A stretch of 64,000 nt of DNA, taken from IMG/VR virus record IMGVR_UViG_3300042691_027609; one strand, written 5' to 3'. Under the pieces are notes generated by a model. It worked only from the letters and a program-made list of their open reading frames with translations, was not told where the DNA came from and made no database searches. The translations under genes and the position numbers were made by a program. Positions within the stretch are counted from its first letter, which is position 1; each line of letters opens with the position of its first letter. Shown one piece after another: positions 25,669-35,771 of this stretch. Source of the stretch: a virus.

Positions 25669-26631
25669 TTGATGAAAAAGAACAAATTATTTTTAAAAAC
25701 ACTGATTGAAAGTCTACTAAAAGAAGACGTAGCTACACAAGATATTAAAAAGGGCGAAGAGATAACTCCTGAAAAAGTTAAAAAAACTGGAGGAGATAAA
25801 GGAGAGGGTGGAGGAAACTACGATGACAAGCTTAAAAAGATATTTAAGCAAAACTATCCTGGATTCGTTGCTGCTCTCGGGAAATTTGCTGGAGATCCAA
25901 AATTCCAAAACTTCGTAAAGAGCAACGCTGCTACAAAATCAGCAGTTAAATTGACTTCTATACCAGTAACTAAATTGATACCTACTCAAAACGAAATAGA
26001 CGTTGATAAGAGTTTGAAGTTTCCGTTAACCAAAAAAGAATCTGCAGGAGCATCTTTAAAAGGCGGAGCAGTAAAAGTACAATCTCCAATCATAACATTT
26101 AACGGAAAATATATTATTGACGGTCACCATAGATGGTCACAAGTATATGCTATAAACAAAGATGCGAGCATAGTATCTTTTGATTTTACTAACGCTGAAA
26201 TTAAAAATCCGTTAGATGCGTTAAAGCTGACTCAGTTGGCTATTGTTGGAGCAGGAGCTTCAAAGATACCATCGGAAAGCGTAAAAGGCAACAACTTATT
26301 GACTATGGCCGAAGCTGATTTGAAAGCTTACGTTGAAAAAACTTTGACAGACGATGTACTTGAGTTGTTTAAAAAAGTTAAAAAGCTTGAGACAAAAGCC
26401 GATGTAGCAAGTTATATTTGGACAAATGTTCAGTCTATGCAAAAAACATCTCAACCTGTATCAGGTGCACCAAAAAGAGATATTATGCCTCAGGCAGGAG
26501 AAGTTCCAGGTGGACAAAACGCAACTATTGATGCACTAAAAAAAGGTTTACCAGCACTAAAAGAAAGAAATAAAACAGATCTAAACGAAGTAAGAAAGCT
26601 TCAAAAGATAGCAGGATTGCGCAGAAGATAA
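25669..26631 (+). CDS. ParB/Srx-like domain protein with leader
   Basis: LIPTQNEID...YIIDGHHRW; N-terminal LIESLLKED; C-terminal LNEVRKLQKIAGL. Confidence 0.75.
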   Translation: MMKKNKLFLKTLIESLLKEDVATQDIKKGEEITPEKVKKTGGDKGEGGGNYDDKLKKIFKQNYPGFVAALGKFAGDPKFQNFVKSNAATKSAVKLTSIPVTKLIPTQNEIDVDKSLKFPLTKKESAGASLKGGAVKVQSPIITFNGKYIIDGHHRWSQVYAINKDASIVSFDFTNAEIKNPLDALKLTQLAIVGAGASKIPSESVKGNNLLTMAEADLKAYVEKTLTDDVLELFKKVKKLETKADVASYIWTNVQSMQKTSQPVSGAPKRDIMPQAGEVPGGQNATIDALKKGLPALKERNKTDLNEVRKLQKIAGLRRR

Positions 26632-26665
26632 TAATAAAATAGAGGAAACTTCACCATTGAATATG

Positions 26666-26692
26666 GGGAGCTCATGGTAGCTCCCTTTTTTT
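26666..26692 (+). terminator. Rho-independent terminator at convergence point
   Basis: GGGAGCT-catggt-AGCTCCC plus T7. Confidence 0.85.
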
Positions 26693-26779
26693 ATGCCTAA
26701 TATTGTCTATCGATAAGCTTTTTGGACTAACCCAATGTGATCCCATAAGCTGTGGAAATGACGGGCAATTGATTGGTTA

Positions 26780-27253
26780 TCAATCAGTTATAACAGATTG
26801 GTTTTCAATAGGTTGTATAGCGTCCCTTTTGAACCATTTGCCTTGGATATTCTCATTGTACGAATCTGTCTCAAGCACTCGAAGCAGCATTTGCCACTTG
26901 ACTTCGCAATACGATAAGTGTTTTTTTGTGTAGCAAAATTCAAGAATTTCACGAGTAAAACTTGGAGGACCAAAGTGTTTGAGATCTACTAATAACGGTT
27001 TACAACTACCGTAGTATTTTGCCCAATCGCTTTCTTTGGTTTCTTTCTTTTTTGCGGGAATTTTACCTGGTTTATTCCAAGCCTCTTTCTCTTTGATTGT
27101 GAGTTTCTTTGTGAGAGTGTTGTGTAGGATTTTCTTACCTACGTAGATGCGATCGTTTTCTAAGTTTGTGATTTTGTAAACAAATCCAACGCATCCTTTG
27201 GGGAATTGATCAAGAGTCAAAAACTCTTGAGATCCGTGTAACCAATTTGTCAT
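26780..27253 (-). CDS. GIY-YIG family nuclease
   Basis: GFVYKITNLENDRIYVGKK; YYGS; FTREILE; SYNENI. Confidence 0.8.
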   Translation of the reverse strand: MTNWLHGSQEFLTLDQFPKGCVGFVYKITNLENDRIYVGKKILHNTLTKKLTIKEKEAWNKPGKIPAKKKETKESDWAKYYGSCKPLLVDLKHFGPPSFTREILEFCYTKKHLSYCEVKWQMLLRVLETDSYNENIQGKWFKRDAIQPIENQSVITD

Positions 27254-27271
27254 AGCCTTTTATTATAAATA

Positions 27272-27694
27272 TCAAGCCTTTTTGTTGGCCACTCTTTCCA
27301 TATCTCCAAATCCGTCTTCTCCATCTTGAAAATCAAATCCAAATTTTTTGTAGAATTGAACCAGTTGGTTGTAGTTTAGTTTGTTTGGATCTTTACCATA
27401 AGGATTTGGATCTAATGCGAGAGTTACGTTGTATTTGTCTGCTATTTTACAAACCATGTTCATGACTCGAGTTGCGTTACCGAGACCCTTTTCTAAAGAA
27501 TGCAAACCGCTTATCCAAAGACGCTTGTCCCAATTTGCAACTTCTATCATCACGTTATTGTTTATAAGCGTTTCTTGAGGTCTAAGTGGATTTCTAACGC
27601 CCAATCTTTTTATAGCAGCGATAGCTTTATCAATGAGCACAGGATCGCTTGGAGTGTACTCTTTTATTAGGTCTTTTAATTTTATTTTTGACAT
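27272..27694 (-). CDS. GNAT-fold acetyltransferase with leader
   Basis: KGLGNAT motif A; LVQFYKKFGF; MSKIKLKDLIKE. Confidence 0.75.
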   Translation of the reverse strand: MSKIKLKDLIKEYTPSDPVLIDKAIAAIKRLGVRNPLRPQETLINNNVMIEVANWDKRLWISGLHSLEKGLGNATRVMNMVCKIADKYNVTLALDPNPYGKDPNKLNYNQLVQFYKKFGFDFQDGEDGFGDMERVANKKA

Positions 27695-27695
27695 A

Positions 27696-28373
27696 TTAAG
27701 GAGTGAATTTTACATACGGTCCAGTTGTCGTATCTACGTAACTGTCAATAAACGCAACAGTTTCTGCTGTAGGTGTGTAATATGGATCAGGTATAGTCGT
27801 TGGAACTATCAATCCAGGAACATAAAAATCGTTTGTGATAATTATAACACCTTGTGAATATATTATGTTGCCTACGTGAGCATTGCTATTCTCTGTATCG
27901 ATAAGATTGCCATTTCCGTCATCAATTATGTTATATTCGTTTCCTATTATAGGTCTTATAACAAATGTTTTTCTAGAGACTTGTTCTCCATAAAGATTCG
28001 GCGGAATGTATATGACCAAAACAGGCTGAGCAGACGATGTAGGTATGTAGCGATACTCGTATTCAGAAGACCCTGAATAAGCTGTTGATTGAACGTTACA
28101 ATTCCAAGATCCGGATTTTAATTGTTGAGAACCGGTCAAAAACTCATCATAATACATGTGTCTAATAGACCTATACAGAATGCTTTGAGATCCTGTAATT
28201 CCAGTTTTTGTTGGGTTATCGTTTCTTGCGTATTGTACAGTTATGCTGCTTGACGGAAATGTTATGCCTTGTTCGAACCCGTCGTAACTACTCGTATGCA
28301 CAGTTTGATGCTTCAACTTTATTGGAGTCGTAGAAACATCTTTTGCGTATATGGAGTTTTTTGATAGGCTCAT
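27696..28373 (-). CDS. Tail/baseplate structural protein (paralog of 28377)
   Basis: TTPIKLK, SGSSEYEYRY, DDGNGNLID, GNIIYSQG shared with neighbour. Confidence 0.7.
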   Translation of the reverse strand: MSLSKNSIYAKDVSTTPIKLKHQTVHTSSYDGFEQGITFPSSSITVQYARNDNPTKTGITGSQSILYRSIRHMYYDEFLTGSQQLKSGSWNCNVQSTAYSGSSEYEYRYIPTSSAQPVLVIYIPPNLYGEQVSRKTFVIRPIIGNEYNIIDDGNGNLIDTENSNAHVGNIIYSQGVIIITNDFYVPGLIVPTTIPDPYYTPTAETVAFIDSYVDTTTGPYVKFTP

Positions 28374-28376
28374 TAA

Positions 28377-28985
28377 TTATTGTGATATTAGTATACCTAA
28401 ATAGTCTGTGTTAGTGATTATAATTAAGCCTTGGGAATATATTATATTTCCGATATGAACATTATTATTTACAACGTCAATCAGGTTTCCGTTACCATCG
28501 TCATGTATTAAATAATTATTCGGGGTTTCTGGTCGCATTACAAACGTGGATCTGCTAATTTGTTCTCCGAATTTTTTATGAGATATTGTAATAAACCCAA
28601 TGTAATCATTAGAAGATGTTGGAAAATACCTGTATTCGTATTCTGAAGACCCTGAGCAGGCTGTTGATTGTTGATTCCAATCCCAATAACTTGCACTATC
28701 TAATAAAGATCCTGTTAAGTGGTTTTGATAGTATAACTGTTTTATTGATTTATATAATAAAACGCCCGTATCTTGATATAGACCTATATCTCCACCTAAA
28801 CTAGTATTGAAAGGTCCATTTAATGCACTGCCTGCATTTCCATTGACTTGATATCCGTATATGTCTGTGAAATGTTCAGGAAATTGGGGAGTACTAGTGC
28901 TCGAATAATAAGACGAAGAGTACTTCAACTTTATTGGAGTCGTAGTTATATCTGATTGTTTTATGGTCTTTTTACAGTTATTCAT
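28377..28985 (-). CDS. Tail/baseplate structural protein (paralog of 27696)
   Basis: Same motifs as the 27696 product. Confidence 0.7.
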   Translation of the reverse strand: MNNCKKTIKQSDITTTPIKLKYSSSYYSSTSTPQFPEHFTDIYGYQVNGNAGSALNGPFNTSLGGDIGLYQDTGVLLYKSIKQLYYQNHLTGSLLDSASYWDWNQQSTACSGSSEYEYRYFPTSSNDYIGFITISHKKFGEQISRSTFVMRPETPNNYLIHDDGNGNLIDVVNNNVHIGNIIYSQGLIIITNTDYLGILISQ

Positions 28986-28998
28986 AATGCTTTAACGA

Positions 28999-29301
28999 TT
29001 ATGAATCCCATCTGACCACAAAAGTTATGTCCGTATTAGGAGGTATGGGATATGGTTGAGATAATTTTGCTACAACTAATAATTCATCAGATTCGTTATA
29101 CAATCCTATTGTGGTTGCGTACGGTCTAAAATCTGACCCCGTTACTGCGTCTATGTAAGATCCTGTTGAATTGGACTTTATTGCACTTGGATTGAGCGTA
29201 TAATTAAAATCATTTTCATTTACGTGACATCTGTATTCATTTTGGTATATTGTGGTTTCAGCACAAAAACTCATGGAATATGGCTCGAATGTAAGTGGCA
29301 T
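28999..29301 (-). CDS. Stand-alone copy of the C-terminal domain of the 29339 structural protein
   Basis: FNYTLNPS...YATTIGLYNESDELLVVAKLSQP versus YNYTTNPS...YVTTVGMYNDNNELLAVAKLSKP. Confidence 0.75.
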   Translation of the reverse strand: MPLTFEPYSMSFCAETTIYQNEYRCHVNENDFNYTLNPSAIKSNSTGSYIDAVTGSDFRPYATTIGLYNESDELLVVAKLSQPYPIPPNTDITFVVRWDS

Positions 29302-29338
29302 CTATCGATTAAAATTATAAACTTATATAAAGAATTCT

Positions 29339-30376
29339 TTACCAATCTAATTTAATTCTTATCAACGCTTCTTTAGTAAAATCTTTTACAAGTGGCTTAG
29401 AAAGTTTTGCGACAGCCAACAATTCGTTGTTGTCGTTATACATACCAACTGTAGTAACATATGTTTGAGAATTATTAATAAAATTAGAATAAACCAAATT
29501 ACCCGATCCGGTAATATATGACGGATTAGTCGTGTAATTATAATCGCTATTTCTTACTCTTGCGAATACATAATTAGATGATACTGTTTCTTGTGAATTC
29601 AACTGGAATGAACTACCAGATTGAATTATTTCGAACAATTGATTATTATTAGAATTATTTATTGCACTATTTCCTGTACCAGCATAGTATGTTGCACCGA
29701 GTCCTCCATTTGCGGCTGTCTGTTCGAGAGCCATGGGATTTAAAACAATCAATCCAACATCAGGTAAAAATAATCCGTAAGATCCAGAAGCAGTGAATCC
29801 TTTTTGCGAAGCTCCTGTCAATTGAGTCACTGACGCAGCTGATCCATTGGATCCAGAAACTATGTAAAAAAGTCTACCAGCATCAGTATATCTAGCGATA
29901 CTCGTGTCTAATGAATCGTCTGTTAAAAATAGATTATTAGAACCTGATGTTAATTTAAGATTAAATGTACCTGGCATTAATGACTCTTTGTATCTGTTTC
30001 TATCAATTTGGATAGCGAACATATTTATTGAGCCGGTATTACCTTGACCAAAATTAAATCGACTTTCATTGTCTCCGTATACTATGTTTCTATATTGACC
30101 ATAGTTTATTCTAGTGTATGTATTTGAGGACACCAATGAATTTATTGGAGCTGATCCTGTTGCCAATACGTGACCGTAAGCAATCGTAAATTGTACGGCT
30201 GAATTTATGTTCGATGAAGCAGTGTTATACACAGACACATAAAAACTACTTGTTGCTGTTCCGGCGGATGCTGTAAAAAAAGTACTTAGCGTAGGAACAT
30301 TTGAACTCCACGCTGGAGCTGTTACTGTGTCTGATGATATTACTATATCTGCTGGGTCTAATCTTGTAAATGACAT
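29339..30376 (-). CDS. Tail/baseplate structural protein
   Basis: S/T/G/N-rich; C-terminal GMYND-ELLAVAKL resembles tail-collar/fiber attachment domains. Confidence 0.7.
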   Translation of the reverse strand: MSFTRLDPADIVISSDTVTAPAWSSNVPTLSTFFTASAGTATSSFYVSVYNTASSNINSAVQFTIAYGHVLATGSAPINSLVSSNTYTRINYGQYRNIVYGDNESRFNFGQGNTGSINMFAIQIDRNRYKESLMPGTFNLKLTSGSNNLFLTDDSLDTSIARYTDAGRLFYIVSGSNGSAASVTQLTGASQKGFTASGSYGLFLPDVGLIVLNPMALEQTAANGGLGATYYAGTGNSAINNSNNNQLFEIIQSGSSFQLNSQETVSSNYVFARVRNSDYNYTTNPSYITGSGNLVYSNFINNSQTYVTTVGMYNDNNELLAVAKLSKPLVKDFTKEALIRIKLDW

Positions 30377-30382
30377 GTTTTA

Positions 30383-31042
30383 TTATTGATTTACGTATGA
30401 TATTGTTACTGGAATTGTTATTCTTGCACCTGAATCTCTACCTGTGATTGTGAGCGTTGTATAAAGCGTTGTATTAGATCCGAATAGAGTGTTAACAGTA
30501 GTAGCACTCAAATTAATAGTTGTACCTATAACTGTTTTACTTACGTTCGTACCTATTGTCGCAGTGCCATTCAATGCAGTTGCTTCAGGAGTGTTGATTC
30601 CTACTCCTGCGAATGTTGACATTGTTCTCACATCACCTATAGTGGCAACATACCCTGATTGTTCGAATGTCGAATTTGCACCCAAATAGTTTAAAGTTTG
30701 AGGAGTAACTGATATAGATGAACCTTGTTTTAGGGATATGTTTGTAAATCCGCAATCCAATACAGGTAGTTTTGCTGTACCTCTTGGAAGAGTTATGAGT
30801 TTATATTTCATAATCTCTTGATCGTTAGGGTATGCTTGGAGAATTGGCATATTTTCAATAGCCTCTCCATAAAACGCTGATCCTGATGGGTGTGTTGGAT
30901 TGTACAAACTATAATCTATCTCATCATCTGCTAATGAGAACTGTGTTATTCTAAATGATCCATCGTTTCTTGATAGTAATTCCCTACCTTTTTTTGTGAG
31001 AATCGCATCTACTACCACTGAGGTATTGCTTAAATATGACAT
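30383..31042 (-). CDS. Tail/baseplate structural protein
   Basis: DAILTKKGRELL...ITQFSLADDE resembles the N-terminus of tail-collar domains; late motif upstream. Confidence 0.7.
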   Translation of the reverse strand: MSYLSNTSVVVDAILTKKGRELLSRNDGSFRITQFSLADDEIDYSLYNPTHPSGSAFYGEAIENMPILQAYPNDQEIMKYKLITLPRGTAKLPVLDCGFTNISLKQGSSISVTPQTLNYLGANSTFEQSGYVATIGDVRTMSTFAGVGINTPEATALNGTATIGTNVSKTVIGTTINLSATTVNTLFGSNTTLYTTLTITGRDSGARITIPVTISYVNQ

Positions 31043-31085
31043 GTTATTAGTTGTTTTATAATAATAAATATAAGTTTTTGCTATT

Positions 31086-34000
31086 TTAAATTAAATTATC
31101 CGATTTCAGTGATTTAATAATATCTCCGGAAGATCTTCTTAGATTTTCGTTTATGTATTGTGGATATAACATTCCTTCTTCGGTTATGTTGCTTTCAGGA
31201 TTGTATCTTAGTACAAGATTTGTTTCATCAGGAATTTTTTTAACGAATACGTATCTTTTTGATCCACTATTGCAAAGAGTCACTGGGTCTATGGGTTGCC
31301 CGTTTAATGACGATAAATTTACTGTTTTATCTATATCCATATACAATCTAGCGTCAGGTGCAACTCCTCCTGTATACGCAGATCTGATTACGTATTCTTC
31401 TTTTTCGTACCAACCCGATTGACTATTATATAAGTGAATTTCGTCTCCTGTTTGTAACGTAAACGGAACTACTACTTTTTCCATAATATCAGGACTCCAA
31501 GCATCATCGCTTGTTGAATCATAAACTAATTCATACCCATAATAATTAGCAAGAGGTCCCTTTAAAATAAACTGATTGGACGCAGTACTATAATATAAAA
31601 TGGATTCTGTTACAGATGATGTTATTGAAGTTATATACGTTGTTGTGGAAGTATCAGGTAATTCAGGACCCGGTAGTAATGGTTGGGATATTGACCAAAT
31701 CCACTGTGTTCCATATAGAGATCCTGTATATCTTTCAAACCAGGTGTCTGTTGGCCACGGGGATTCTAAATCAACGCTGCATGAGAAGGCTGTTCCTCCA
31801 AAATCAGTAGAAAACGTACCATTTGGATTAACTACTGAAGCACTAACTTTTGTTGTAAAAGAAACCCTTCTGAATCCGGTTAGGTCGGATATCGATCCAC
31901 CAGCGCCAATATCCGGATTAAAGTTAGCTTTGCCTGCGCCCTCCCAATCACCATAATCAAAAACATACTTCCTATATGGACCATAAGCCGAAGGACTATC
32001 GTCCCCAGCATATATAGTAAAATTAATAAACCAAGTACCGTTTGTTGGTATCGGAGTTGCTCCTACATAGCGTAACCTAAAATAAAAATAATCAAATGAT
32101 AAATCAAATTCTCTTTTTATTTCAACTTTCCAATTTGCTTGATTTATGACATCTGCAGGTAAAAAACCAACATATTGTATTCCTCCATCAATAGTTGAAG
32201 TTGATTCAATCGCAGGAAATATATCAAACGCTTGTTTTATTGTAGATGATGCAGATATTTGGTGAAGTATCGGCAAGTATTTAAATCCACCTTGATAAAT
32301 TTCAAGAGTTGAATTGTTGGACAATCTCTGTATCTCGGGGTCTGCGCTATCGTACTTAAACAAGGATACGTCAATAGTTTCTCCTGATTTGAATACGTTT
32401 TGAACTTGGAATATGTTTGTATTCGTTTTAGAGAGATCGACTACCTGATTTTGATCGTTTATCAAATACTTGATTTCTGCGTTCGCTCTATTAGGTAATG
32501 TTAAAGATGCGGTACTAATAGTTTTTAAATACGCAAAATTGTATTTTATTTTATCAATAGCAGCAGTATTACCGTAAGACGTATCTCCATCGGTGTAGAA
32601 TAGGTATTTACTGCTTTGAGTTTTTGATCCAAAGTATCTTGGTATAGTACTCCTTTGTATATTATAGTTGTAATCCTGTAGTTGTGCGTAAGGCGCATTA
32701 GGATCTGAGTATGTACCTATATTATCAACTATGGATCGTGATATTGTTTCATTTATGATAGACATATTCACAGGAATTATTGGATTTGATGAGTAATCAA
32801 CATCTAAAAATCTCTGTGATTTTACAGCATTTGAAACGTTTTGAAATATAGGAGACCTAAGTATCGATATTGGTCCTATGCCGTGTCTATAGTTTTCATT
32901 AAATTCAACAACGTCTCCGAAATACAAACTTTGAGAAGTACCACTTATTGTTATGCTATTTAAAATAGACGCGTCATTTGATGGATCGTTTTGATTAAAC
33001 TCATAAGATTCCCGTGCTTTTAATTCGCTATTTTGAAATTCTCCCGTATATCTCTCGAATCCAAAAGAACTCGTATACGGGATGTATCCTATAGCTGTAG
33101 AAATACTTTTTTGTGTAGTGGTATCGATAGTGTACGAATTAGCAGCATCCCCTGATATGCTAATCATGTCAATAGATTCGCTAACTTGTTCCACCGAACC
33201 AGAAGGCTCATGTCTAGCGTACTTACTTCTTTCTAAAATGTGAGGTTTTATTATTATACCTGAGGAAATTGTGGCTCTAGCAGGCACAAAATCCCTAATC
33301 ATTTTAAATAGAGAGTTATTATAATACTTAATTAGTCGTATGTATTCCCAGACGTTGTGTTTTTTATTGTACGAAGAAAAATAACTGTCTCTCTGTCTGT
33401 CTAGCGCAGGGTAATTTTGCAGATATTGGTAAGAGGGATCTCCTATTAAATTATCTATGCTAAAATATCCTAATGATGAAGATATATTTTTATTAAGCTG
33501 ATCAGACGGAGAAAAACCCACTTCTATCGCTGTACTATTCAATCTATTATCATCATCATAATATTGTATTGTAGAATAAGGTGATAATACGGATTGGGAC
33601 AACTCTAAACTTTGACTGATAACTGTTATTTTATCATTGTTTAAATCAATTAGTCCGATTTTATCTAGTCTGTCAAATCCCCCAAATTGGTTGATGTTTA
33701 ATATATCACTAGGTATACCGAAACAAGAAATCAGTGCTTTTACTCCTCTTTCAGTTCCTCTTGTTTTAAGTAGATACGGTAAGTTATGGTATAGTCTTTT
33801 ATAAACTTCTTTTTGAACTTGATCGTACGGTAACGTTTCGTAACTAGATGTAACGTAGTTTTTAATTACCTCTGATCCTGTTGGCGGCAATAGAGTACCG
33901 GATTGCCCGATTCCAAAAAGAGTGTAGTACACTTCATCTGATAGATTTGTGTTGGTGTACAATTCTATTCCAAAACTCTTTATCGCGTCTGCGACAACAT

Positions 34001-35420
34001 CTAAAGATATACCAGTTTTTGGATTATTTGTTGCATTATACCTATTTGATAAATCTTTATAGTAAACCCAAATATTATCAAAATGCTGACCTATCATGTT
34101 TATAAACGTTGTGTAGGGTGCATTACTTGGGTCGTCTACCAAGTATAAAGGAATAGCGTTAACGAGGTTGTTAACGTTATTTCCATCATACGCAGAAGCT
34201 GAATAGAGTAAAGATGGCGCGTTTATTCCTGATGGTTGAGTATCTGCTGATCCCAACCAATTGATAGCTTGGGAAGAAGTTGCAGAATACAGTTGGTACG
34301 GTTTAGTTGTATTTCTTTTTGGCCACGCAAAAGATTCAGATTTATAATATAGATAGTATTCGTATATATCAAACTTCTCTATTATTTTGTCTATACTGTT
34401 TTGCAACAATCTTACTGACGCTGATGTAACTTGATTATTCCCCGATATCGATTGTTGTTGGGATATTTGACCAGTGTAAGATTCTATAAGTTCAATTTTA
34501 TACTTAAAATTTTCTAATCTTTCTGTAGCACTAGAAAAATGTACAAAGTTAGAAAAATCTGAAAAATCTACATTTATCGAAATTGATTTATCTTCATAGT
34601 ATGATAATAGTTGTTGAATTGATGAAGATACATTAGCTGAGAATAGACTGTTATAGCTATAGTATGGGGTAGTTTGCCCAATTTTTTCTATGAGTTTGAT
34701 ATTATAGTTAGGACCTCTTAACTTATTTTCGTTAAATACGGCCTCTGCTTCAATTTGAATATCAACAGCATAGCTAACAGATTCTGCAACTTTATCAACT
34801 ATCCATAGAGTTGATTTTATATCATAATCGAACGGTAAAGGATCATACAACTTTATTATTATCGCAGGATTTCCATCATCATCTTCTACGTATGCAGCAT
34901 TAACTGCTAATATTAAATTATTAAGTCCAAAATTTAAATAAAAATCTCCGTAATAATTCTTAGATAGTATGTACGATTGGAAAGAATCAAGTCCAGATTT
35001 CATTGCTGAATCTGTGATGACTTGCGACGATAGTTTTATCTCTCTTCTACTACTAGATATTTCTTTTATCCAATAAACTTGACCTTGTTTTGAATTAAAA
35101 AGTCTTTTAAGAAAATTATATTGTATTGTTACTCGACCCCTATCAAAGCCAGCATCTTTTGCGTCCTGTGCAGGATCTATTACTAATGAAGAATACTTAT
35201 TTGATCCTACGATTGAAGGATCTCCTAATTTATAATTTGTAAAATTATAATTAGAACTAAGTAACTGATTAGATTCATCATATATAAATTGTTCTATGTA
35301 ATCGTTAGAGTCTCCAATTTGGGAATTTATGTAATTCAGAGAAAGTAATACATCGTCTTTCTGAGAATAGTCTGAGGCTTTTATTCCCTCTCCCACATAA
35401 TTTACATTAATTATTTCCAT
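31086..35420 (-). CDS. Large baseplate wedge protein (gpI/gp7-like domain)
   Basis: 1444 aa; NLPYLLKTRGTERGVKALISCFGIP motif; position in baseplate cluster. Confidence 0.7.
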   Translation of the reverse strand: MEIINVNYVGEGIKASDYSQKDDVLLSLNYINSQIGDSNDYIEQFIYDESNQLLSSNYNFTNYKLGDPSIVGSNKYSSLVIDPAQDAKDAGFDRGRVTIQYNFLKRLFNSKQGQVYWIKEISSSRREIKLSSQVITDSAMKSGLDSFQSYILSKNYYGDFYLNFGLNNLILAVNAAYVEDDDGNPAIIIKLYDPLPFDYDIKSTLWIVDKVAESVSYAVDIQIEAEAVFNENKLRGPNYNIKLIEKIGQTTPYYSYNSLFSANVSSSIQQLLSYYEDKSISINVDFSDFSNFVHFSSATERLENFKYKIELIESYTGQISQQQSISGNNQVTSASVRLLQNSIDKIIEKFDIYEYYLYYKSESFAWPKRNTTKPYQLYSATSSQAINWLGSADTQPSGINAPSLLYSASAYDGNNVNNLVNAIPLYLVDDPSNAPYTTFINMIGQHFDNIWVYYKDLSNRYNATNNPKTGISLDVVADAIKSFGIELYTNTNLSDEVYYTLFGIGQSGTLLPPTGSEVIKNYVTSSYETLPYDQVQKEVYKRLYHNLPYLLKTRGTERGVKALISCFGIPSDILNINQFGGFDRLDKIGLIDLNNDKITVISQSLELSQSVLSPYSTIQYYDDDNRLNSTAIEVGFSPSDQLNKNISSSLGYFSIDNLIGDPSYQYLQNYPALDRQRDSYFSSYNKKHNVWEYIRLIKYYNNSLFKMIRDFVPARATISSGIIIKPHILERSKYARHEPSGSVEQVSESIDMISISGDAANSYTIDTTTQKSISTAIGYIPYTSSFGFERYTGEFQNSELKARESYEFNQNDPSNDASILNSITISGTSQSLYFGDVVEFNENYRHGIGPISILRSPIFQNVSNAVKSQRFLDVDYSSNPIIPVNMSIINETISRSIVDNIGTYSDPNAPYAQLQDYNYNIQRSTIPRYFGSKTQSSKYLFYTDGDTSYGNTAAIDKIKYNFAYLKTISTASLTLPNRANAEIKYLINDQNQVVDLSKTNTNIFQVQNVFKSGETIDVSLFKYDSADPEIQRLSNNSTLEIYQGGFKYLPILHQISASSTIKQAFDIFPAIESTSTIDGGIQYVGFLPADVINQANWKVEIKREFDLSFDYFYFRLRYVGATPIPTNGTWFINFTIYAGDDSPSAYGPYRKYVFDYGDWEGAGKANFNPDIGAGGSISDLTGFRRVSFTTKVSASVVNPNGTFSTDFGGTAFSCSVDLESPWPTDTWFERYTGSLYGTQWIWSISQPLLPGPELPDTSTTTYITSITSSVTESILYYSTASNQFILKGPLANYYGYELVYDSTSDDAWSPDIMEKVVVPFTLQTGDEIHLYNSQSGWYEKEEYVIRSAYTGGVAPDARLYMDIDKTVNLSSLNGQPIDPVTLCNSGSKRYVFVKKIPDETNLVLRYNPESNITEEGMLYPQYINENLRRSSGDIIKSLKSDNLI

Positions 35421-35432
35421 TTAACTCTTTTA

Positions 35433-35771
35433 TTAGTTCGTTATTGAATCAACGGTCAAATACGTTTCGCTTAATTCAATTATTTGTTGTTTTAACGTAT
35501 TGATTTCTTCAATTAAAGCTTGTTTTTCTAAATCTATTACATTAGTACCTAAATATTGACTACTTTGTTCTATAAGAGTAGTATGTGAATATTCTCCTGT
35601 TAATGGTATTGTATAAAATAGTTGGTTATACAACCTAAATAAATCAAATATATCCAATTCAGGAACTGCTAAAGTTGGAGTGTTAACAATTAGCTCGGAA
35701 AAATTTACGTCTATCGCATTAGTGTACGTATTAATGCCTCTAACTTCTTTTAATAGTTTTACTTTTTCCAT
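35433..35771 (-). CDS. Structural-module hypothetical protein
   Basis: Packed ORF with C-terminal coiled coil. Confidence 0.7.
   Translation of the reverse strand: MEKVKLLKEVRGINTYTNAIDVNFSELIVNTPTLAVPELDIFDLFRLYNQLFYTIPLTGEYSHTTLIEQSSQYLGTNVIDLEKQALIEEINTLKQQIIELSETYLTVDSITN

Noticed and set aside
26703-26973. Short ORFs overlapping the GIY-YIG gene
   Set aside because: Shadow frames of 26780-27253.
26780-27253. GIY-YIG gene as a mobile homing endonuclease
   Set aside because: No NUMOD/HTH DNA-binding tail, not inside an intron, and has its own late motif; more likely a resident nuclease.
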